DNA of 64,000 nt from a virus. The translations under genes and the position numbers were made by a program. Shown here one piece after another: positions 57,705 to 64,000 of this stretch. The DNA lies in IMG/VR virus record IMGVR_UViG_3300045970_000027, positions 1 to 64,000 of that record. One strand, written 5' to 3'. Positions within the stretch are counted from its first letter, which is position 1. Every line of letters begins with the position of its first letter. The notes beneath the pieces were generated by a model. It had not been told where the DNA came from, did not search any database, and was given only the letters and a program-made list of their open reading frames with translations.

Positions 57705-59254
57705 TAGGCACCACCTGTGGCCGTGACAGTGATCGTGCTCTCAGTCATCAGGAAGATCTCGGACTCGCCAGCGACGAGGTTGGTGACACCATCGGCGTCG
57801 GCAGTCTTCTTGAGGACGGTGACCACCACACTCTGGGTTACCCCGAGGGAGGAGACCAGCGCGATCAGGTCGGTAGTCAGGATCGTCGCCCCGAACCCGA
57901 TATTGCTGTAGTCGAACCGGTCGGCGATGGCCTGCCTGACGATGGTGACGACATCGGTGTTCAGGACACTTGTAAGAGAGGTGACCGTCAAGGTGACGCT
58001 CACCGGGGTGTACACCGGGTCAGTCAGTGTGAGCGCAGTTCCTGCCAGCATCCTGCCGGTGATGTAGGAAGACACCGCCGTCTTGAGGGTGGTGTACTCC
58101 GTCGTGATCGTCCACGGACCGGTTCCCACTCCACTGGCGTCGAGGTAGCCGGGTCGCAACTCGGCAGCCCCAGCATTCCGGCTAGGGGCGACGGTCAGGA
58201 TGACCGAACTGGGGACGGTTGACTGCGCGCTCGCCTTCCCACAGCCGGGAACCGAGAGAGCGAGATTCTGGTAGTCCTCTAGGGAGACCGCCCTGTTGTT
58301 AGAGCGGTACGCCTGCGCCGCGTTGAACCGGATAGACGAGAGGTCCTCAGGGTTCGCACCGCCAGTAGCCGCTACATCGTTGGTCACCGAGAGCGTTCCG
58401 ACGAGGACGGCTACCTGACCAGCGTTGAGGCCGGGGACTGACGTGACCTCGGTGACCGTCGTGCGTGAGACGTTTCCGTTCGTACCGTCTACCTTGCGGT
58501 AGGTCGTGTAGACGACGTGCCCCTGCGACGGAACCGCACCGGAGACTCCGTCCCCGAACTGGACGTACAGACCGCCGTACCCGTCGTCCACAACGCGGTA
58601 GACCCGGCTGGTCGGGCTGTAGTCGGCGAGGTGGGAGACGCGGGTCCATGGGTAGTAGTTGACGCCGTCGTAGATGTACACGCTGACGGAGTCCTTGACG
58701 ACGGTGTCACTCGGAAGGCGCAGGAACTGACTGGGAGCGCCCGTGCTGAGACCGAGGGAGTCTCCGTACCCGGTCGACCCGGTGACAGTCACCCCCTGCT
58801 GTGCCGCCACTGTGTTGGCCGAGGTTGCAGCCACAGTTACAGCAGCGGTCGTCTCAAACGGGATGTACAGGAGGACGTCACCCTTCTCGACTGCTGCCGT
58901 GACAACCGTCCCGCTAGGGATGGTGACAGGGGAGGCCGACGAGTTTGAGAACGTGAGGGTCACCGTGCTCCCGGTATACCCCGAGGGGTCGTACCCGAGG
59001 TCGCGAGCGAGTGCGAGGACAGAAGCGCGACGGGTCGCGGTTGACAGGGTTGACTCATTGGCTGCCCGGTCGATGTAGTAGGACAGGATGTCCCCGAGAT
59101 GGGCGAACGCCTCGACCATGACGACACCGAAGTCGGACGGGTCGGTAGCCTGCCACTCTGGGACGGCAGACTTGACGCGGGCGGTGAGGTCAGACCTCAG
59201 CGAGGCGAAGTCCCTCGATGTGTAGTCGATCTGGGTAGGAAGAATCTCAGCCAT
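57704..59254 (-). CDS. Baseplate J / gp6-like wedge protein
   Basis: IDYTSRDF, W...DPSDFG...E, FGDG..G..P, GG..PE...IR, RAVS..DY. Confidence 0.92.
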   Translation of the reverse strand: MAEILPTQIDYTSRDFASLRSDLTARVKSAVPEWQATDPSDFGVVMVEAFAHLGDILSYYIDRAANESTLSTATRRASVLALARDLGYDPSGYTGSTVTLTFSNSSASPVTIPSGTVVTAAVEKGDVLLYIPFETTAAVTVAATSANTVAAQQGVTVTGSTGYGDSLGLSTGAPSQFLRLPSDTVVKDSVSVYIYDGVNYYPWTRVSHLADYSPTSRVYRVVDDGYGGLYVQFGDGVSGAVPSQGHVVYTTYRKVDGTNGNVSRTTVTEVTSVPGLNAGQVAVLVGTLSVTNDVAATGGANPEDLSSIRFNAAQAYRSNNRAVSLEDYQNLALSVPGCGKASAQSTVPSSVILTVAPSRNAGAAELRPGYLDASGVGTGPWTITTEYTTLKTAVSSYITGRMLAGTALTLTDPVYTPVSVTLTVTSLTSVLNTDVVTIVRQAIADRFDYSNIGFGATILTTDLIALVSSLGVTQSVVVTVLKKTADADGVTNLVAGESEIFLMTESTITVTATGGA

Positions 59255-59622
59255 CAGTCAACCTCAATCACGATGCTTACAGAGTTGTCGGAGACACTGG
59301 AGTCGGGGATGCCGTACTTGATCTGAACCTCGACCTCGCCCGTATTGGAGGTCTCGGTCAGTTCCAGACCGAGGTACCTCAACTGGGGCAGCCACGTCTG
59401 GAAGGCAGAGGCGACATCGACATCGAGGACAGACTCGATAGCGTCAGTAGACCGGAAGAGGTGGATCGGGGTGGGGGTCCCGTAGTCTGGACGGTGCAGC
59501 CTTTCCCCAAGCGCGGTCGCCATGACGCTACGTACCCGGTCGGCCCAGATACGGCTCATGCTCGTCGTCGTCGCGATGTTCCCGTACCCATCGAGCCGGA
59601 AGGGGAGGCTAATCGTTCTCAT
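59254..59622 (-). CDS. gp25/gpW-like baseplate wedge (sheath initiator)
   Basis: ISLPF, T..GER..RPDYG, W.P. Confidence 0.88.
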   Translation of the reverse strand: MRTISLPFRLDGYGNIATTTSMSRIWADRVRSVMATALGERLHRPDYGTPTPIHLFRSTDAIESVLDVDVASAFQTWLPQLRYLGLELTETSNTGEVEVQIKYGIPDSSVSDNSVSIVIEVD

Positions 59623-59658
59623 GCTGTCATTCTTTCGTTTAATGGGGGGTTCTATCTG

Positions 59659-60879
59659 TTATACGGCTACCCATTGGGCTACCTTGCCGTCGGGGCGGTA
59701 CGTCATCCCCACCACAAACGACGGGCTGAGGATCTTCAACCGGCTGGCAGACCCAGTCATCGGGGACCAGCCCTGCTGCGCTTCCTGCGCGAGGTTCCGG
59801 TATCGGGTCGTGGGTGGGACGGACCTCTGAGGGCTGACCTCATCTGTGCTGATGATCGTCTCGCATGTGTATTCACCACGGGTGATCCGATGCGTGACAC
59901 TCTTGACGATCCAGTAGCCGGTAGCCGTCTTATCGTTAGTCGCCAAGTAGACCGGTCGGTACGGCGCGATGAAGGGGTCACCCTTACCGAAGACCCGTCC
60001 GTCGTACGCCATCATCCCTTGGTCGGCCATCCCCTTGGCGAGTAACTGTGCGTCGGCTCGACTATGCGCGATGATACTTGGGTTGTACTTCTCGTACGCC
60101 GGGATGGATGCCTTGCTCGACCGGACAGCCGAGCGAGGGGACTCTCGTACGGCTACTGGCTCTGTGTCATTTGGTCCAAGCGAGACCACGACAGCGGTAT
60201 CGGACTCATCATCTTCGTCGTCCGAGGTATTCCCGAGAAGGGTGTCGACATCGAGTACGGTCGTCGGGTACTGAGTTGCGACCGACGCGGTTGCCAGTAT
60301 GGGGGCGACACTGGAGAACGCCTTGATCATCTCCTTGAGCGGGAGGAAGTAGAGGGTCGTCCCTTCCGCACGCAGGACGTACCCGGTCGTCTTAGCCAAC
60401 TTGGTCAAGACTTCCCAGTACGTCTCCCCACCCTGAACGATCTGCTTCTTGCGTAGTCCGTGCTGCTTCGTGACGACCTTGAACCCCAGTCGCTTCCCGA
60501 TGTCCTGCGCTATCTCAGGTGCGGTGTGGTTCCTCCAAGTGTTCCTTGCCGTCGCCCTGAACTCTCGGCTGGCGGCAACACAGGTGATCTCTCGCTCGTA
60601 GTGGCTATCCTCTACGTGGGTGACCGGAGCGACCTTGCTGACGTAGCCCAAGAACATGGCTGACATCCCGTCCCCATCCCGGTATACGACCTGAATGGGG
60701 GTGTTCGGGTAGAGCGTGTCGAAGTACTCCGTAGACCGGGACCGGACAGTCAGGGTCAGGAGGTCGTGCTTGCGGATCTCTTGGTGTAGACGGAACTCGC
60801 GCCAGTCCATGGTGGCCGACGTATCGCTGAGAGGGAGGGTCACGCTGAACCCACCCTTGAACGTGGAGGTACGGCTCAT
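59659..60879 (-). CDS. Baseplate hub (gpD/VgrG-like late control protein)
   Basis: F.GYV, Q.GET.W..L..LA...GY, GDP...P..PV, GYWIV..V.H. Confidence 0.8.
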   Translation of the reverse strand: MSRTSTFKGGFSVTLPLSDTSATMDWREFRLHQEIRKHDLLTLTVRSRSTEYFDTLYPNTPIQVVYRDGDGMSAMFLGYVSKVAPVTHVEDSHYEREITCVAASREFRATARNTWRNHTAPEIAQDIGKRLGFKVVTKQHGLRKKQIVQGGETYWEVLTKLAKTTGYVLRAEGTTLYFLPLKEMIKAFSSVAPILATASVATQYPTTVLDVDTLLGNTSDDEDDESDTAVVVSLGPNDTEPVAVRESPRSAVRSSKASIPAYEKYNPSIIAHSRADAQLLAKGMADQGMMAYDGRVFGKGDPFIAPYRPVYLATNDKTATGYWIVKSVTHRITRGEYTCETIISTDEVSPQRSVPPTTRYRNLAQEAQQGWSPMTGSASRLKILSPSFVVGMTYRPDGKVAQWVAV

Positions 60880-61145
60880 CCGACAACTACCGAGGTACCG
60901 GCAACCAGACTAAGGGGGTCGATGGTCTCCCCGTTCGCATCGAGGATCATCCACCAGTTGCTCGACTTGTCAGCAAACCTTCTTCCCAGAGTGTCCAGCC
61001 GGTCACCCTCCCGCCAGTGGTAGACGCGGCTAGCCGCTATTGGGGTAACCGCCTCACGCATGACGGTAGGCCGGGTAACCCCAGACCGCTCGTCAAGGAT
61101 GAACTGGGCAGGGGTGGCCGCGTACCGGCTAGTCAGGTAGATCAT
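60876..61145 (-). CDS. LysM/tail X-like baseplate protein
   Basis: EGDRLD.L...F.....WW.I.DAN....P..L..G. Confidence 0.8.
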   Translation of the reverse strand: MIYLTSRYAATPAQFILDERSGVTRPTVMREAVTPIAASRVYHWREGDRLDTLGRRFADKSSNWWMILDANGETIDPLSLVAGTSVVVG

Positions 61146-61153
61146 GGGTAGTC

Positions 61154-62515
61154 CTAACTGGGCTCGGGGAAGCGGGCTGGGTGAACGTTCGGGTTGATCC
61201 TGCTGGAGTCCCACACGACAGGACTCTGTGCCGGAATCGTGAATGAGTTGAGCGGGTAGGCCACGCCAGACGCACTGGGCACCACGGTCGTGACCCCGTT
61301 CGATGTGGAGATGTAACCGTTCGGTTTTGGTGCGTACCCAGCAGTCGGAGTTCCCCCGAAGTAGGGGAGCGACCCCGGTCCGGTGTACGACCCGCCGCCG
61401 TCACTGGGGTACTCCGCGATGTCCTGCGTCGTAGTGTCCAGAGCCGGGTTGTTCGTACCGTCTGGGTACCTAGCGAAGGTGACTGAGACCTGCGTCCACA
61501 TTGGCACCATGCGAGTGTTGAACGAGAGGTGCTGGTACGAGATGCTCTGGACACGACCGAGGTAGCGCTGGCCGTGCCTGACCTTGCCGGGTGAGGCCCC
61601 CGCGTTGAAGTCGAGGATAGTGGGGACCCCGAAGGCAATGCCGACGTCTGCGGTCGTCCCACGGAGGAGGGTCTCCCACGGCTTCCCAAGGAGGGTACGG
61701 AAGAGGTACTCCATGTCGTAGAGCGTGCCTCGGGTGTAGATCCCCTCGATCTCCTCGTCGGTCAGTGGGCGGCCGTAGAAGTACGACATCGTGTCACGGT
61801 CGGGAACGTACAGGCCGGTATTGCTGAGGAACCACGCCTTCTTAGGTTCGTTCGCCAGTGCATTCTGGTAAGCACTCCAGTTCCTAGCCTTCCGGAGGCT
61901 GTTAACAAGTTTCTGCCACTTCGCGTGCTCCTTCTGGAATCGGGAGTTGGCGTTCTCACCGTACGCGAACCTCTGGATCAAGGCCATGTCCTCGATGCGG
62001 TTGAGGAAGATCGTGAACGAGACCACGGGCTGGCTATCGGCCGAGGGTGTGATCGGCATCGACTGGTCTGCCCCAGTCATGATGACGGTCGGGTTGATCT
62101 GAGTACTGCTGATCCCCATGGCGTGCTCGATGGTCGACGGGTTGTAGTGGAACCGGAAGCCGTACCTGTTCCCATCCCTGCCGGACGCCGACGGGTCCGT
62201 TGAGAGCGCGTAGTCCTTAGGGAACTGGACGTGCTGGAAGAGGACGCCCTTCCGCTCCCGACGCAGGCTCGCCCGGTCGGGACCCATGACCTGTGACCGG
62301 TGCGCGCTACCACTCCCCTCACTGAGAGTCGGGTCAGTAGTGTCGTCGTCTACGTAAGCGCCGGATGCAGCCCGGTGCATCGGTGGGTTGAAGAGGACTT
62401 CCTGCCACGACTTCGGCCACGCGCTAGCCGCCTTAACCGGGCGCTTAGCCGCGTTGGCCACAGTGGACGACGTAGACGACGCTGCCCCACTGCTAGGCGG
62501 CTCTGGGGCTCTCAT
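61154..62515 (-). CDS. Tail tube-initiator / CIS-tube-like protein
   Basis: F.F.YNP..I; GT.YD.EYL; G.V.SIS..H..F...MVP....V.V.F; follows tape measure. Confidence 0.65.
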   Translation of the reverse strand: MRAPEPPSSGAASSTSSTVANAAKRPVKAASAWPKSWQEVLFNPPMHRAASGAYVDDDTTDPTLSEGSGSAHRSQVMGPDRASLRRERKGVLFQHVQFPKDYALSTDPSASGRDGNRYGFRFHYNPSTIEHAMGISSTQINPTVIMTGADQSMPITPSADSQPVVSFTIFLNRIEDMALIQRFAYGENANSRFQKEHAKWQKLVNSLRKARNWSAYQNALANEPKKAWFLSNTGLYVPDRDTMSYFYGRPLTDEEIEGIYTRGTLYDMEYLFRTLLGKPWETLLRGTTADVGIAFGVPTILDFNAGASPGKVRHGQRYLGRVQSISYQHLSFNTRMVPMWTQVSVTFARYPDGTNNPALDTTTQDIAEYPSDGGGSYTGPGSLPYFGGTPTAGYAPKPNGYISTSNGVTTVVPSASGVAYPLNSFTIPAQSPVVWDSSRINPNVHPARFPEPS

Positions 62516-62727
62516 ACGTGACCTCCATTCAGGTAGCGGAGGTAGGTCAGGTCACCGGGGAACTCGTAGACCGACGTGTCAGCGCGAGTGGTGGAGAGTC
62601 CGGCTGCCATGTTCGCACCCGAGCGGTGGAGCGCCTCCAGAACAGCCTTGCTTCTCTGCGAGTAGAGGACCCCCGACAACGGGCTGGCTGGGCGGCGGGA
62701 TAGATCAACGATGTCAACCGTCTTCAT
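62512..62727 (-). CDS. Hypothetical protein
   Basis: ATGA coupling on both sides. Confidence 0.55.
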   Translation of the reverse strand: MKTVDIVDLSRRPASPLSGVLYSQRSKAVLEALHRSGANMAAGLSTTRADTSVYEFPGDLTYLRYLNGGHV

Positions 62728-64000
62728 CGGGTACGCATCCTCTCGTTCTTGGAGTCCTTCTTGAGTTCGCGCTTGACGATGTTCACAAGCCGCATGGCTT
62801 CATCGTTCGACGCGTTAGTCAGACTGACGTTGATAGTGACGTCCCCACCCCGCTTAGTACCCGAGAGCGCCTCATCGAGCGCCGCTCTGAACTGCTGGCC
62901 TTGGTACGCCGGGAGGACGGTCTCCCCAGCATGGAGTTGGGCGGTCTGGTCGTTGGTCACGTTGTACGCACCCTGCGAGTAGCCGGGGAGGTTGTGCTTG
63001 GTCCCCCACTTAGACGCGACGATGGCGTCGTACACCGCCTGCTGGTTACCACCAGACTTGAAGGCGTTGACGATCTCGTCGTAGCCGTATGCAGTGTGGT
63101 TCCCGCTAGTGAGCGTGTTCACCGTGGCGGTGATCCCAGAGTTCCAGTCGGAGTACGCCTTGATGCTCTTCTGGCTTGTTCCGGCCGAGCGTGACCCCGG
63201 CATGGACAACGTGGTGTTGAGCGGGTTGTACTTCGCGCTGTTGTGCCAGTTACCACCTTCGGCGGCCATCCACTTGAGCATGGCGGCCACGTTCGACTTC
63301 GACGTCGGGGCACCTATTCCGGAAAGGATGGCGGCAGCCACCTTCCTCTCCGACGCGCTCCCCTTGACGTTGGTTGTAGCCCCCGTCGTTCCTCCGAGAT
63401 CGCTGCCACCAGCAGACGTGGTGTTACCTGCCTCCCCCGTCTTGTTGGAGAGGGGGTCTATCTGACGGTAGTTGGGGGAACCAAAGATGCTCGACCCAGA
63501 CCCCAGCATGTTGGTCGACATCGGGTTAGCCATCGCGCTAGCCGACAGTCCGAGACCTTCAGGAAGGACGGGAGTTCCACTGGTCGTCGCAGGGGTAGCG
63601 CTCGCCGAACTGGCTGCCTGAGACGAGCCACCCACGGCTCCTGTAGCCGTCGTACGGCCTTGGAAGTACGGGGTGGTCCATCCGTAGTACTTACCGCCTA
63701 ACTGCCGTGACGCGTCCGACAGTGGCATGACGGTGGGGGTTCCACCGCCCTTGTGGGTGGTCGAAACCATGGCACCCTTAGCGCCGTATCCAGTGACGAT
63801 GGCGACGTGCCCACTCTTGCCGGTATCCCAGAAGACGAGTGACCCAACAGGAGGGTTGGTATCCCCCTGATGCCGGTAGCGGTCGGGCGTTGCCTGCCAG
63901 TGAGTGCGTGCGTCGGCATAGCCAGAGTGCTCAAGGCCGTACGCGTTCGCGACGTAGTGGTCGCAGAGGCCGGGGAACTTACCCTTCATGTTCTGCGAAG
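62724..64000 (-). CDS. Tape-measure protein C-terminus (5' truncated) with CHAP/NlpC-like and lysozyme-like domains
   Basis: GLC...V...GSLVFW...GHVAI; W..AEG...YNPLNT; GY..GA.......LH.GE.VLP. Confidence 0.8.
   Translation of the reverse strand, partial: SQNMKGKFPGLCDHYVANAYGLEHSGYADARTHWQATPDRYRHQGDTNPPVGSLVFWDTGKSGHVAIVTGYGAKGAMVSTTHKGGGTPTVMPLSDASRQLGGKYYGWTTPYFQGRTTATGAVGGSSQAASSASATPATTSGTPVLPEGLGLSASAMANPMSTNMLGSGSSIFGSPNYRQIDPLSNKTGEAGNTTSAGGSDLGGTTGATTNVKGSASERKVAAAILSGIGAPTSKSNVAAMLKWMAAEGGNWHNSAKYNPLNTTLSMPGSRSAGTSQKSIKAYSDWNSGITATVNTLTSGNHTAYGYDEIVNAFKSGGNQQAVYDAIVASKWGTKHNLPGYSQGAYNVTNDQTAQLHAGETVLPAYQGQQFRAALDEALSGTKRGGDVTINVSLTNASNDEAMRLVNIVKRELKKDSKNERMRTR

Overview
A 64-kb slice of a large, GC-rich (about two-thirds GC by eye) temperate tailed phage with a contractile-tail (myovirus-type) baseplate. 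WhiB, Lsr2, an Rpf-like transglycosylase and a tRNA-Pro(GGG)-derived attP point to an actinobacterial host. Layout: (i) 1-3838, leftward genes; (ii) 3839-5719, a 1.9-kb non-coding divergent control region with a candidate ~0.7-kb structured RNA; (iii) 5720-21376, a rightward early/accessory arm (PNK-type phosphatase, IF2-N-like protein, MoxR AAA + VWA pair, Lsr2/HTH, C2H2 finger, attP + tyrosine integrase, a family of shuffled HLPEC..CIC modules); (iv) 21430-64000, leftward nucleotide-metabolism, replication and recombination genes (class II RNR, EndoVII, nucleotidyltransferase, SpoVS, RuvC, Cas4-like, WhiB, RecA, RNA ligase, Pol A, SSB, SNF2, primase, DnaB, DnaC-like, HTH initiator with internal iterons), then tail fibre, baseplate and tape-measure genes. 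attP is intact with phage genes on both sides, so this is the non-integrated form. The strongest unexplained signals are a 13-bp near-palindrome TTCACACYGTGAA present 15 times (plus one near-match) in and between genes, a phage-specific promoter class (TTTAGCC-N22/23-xAnnnT, often leaderless) found 8 times, the candidate ncRNA, and a modular small-gene cassette family around attP. All product calls come from motif recognition by eye; no database search was run.
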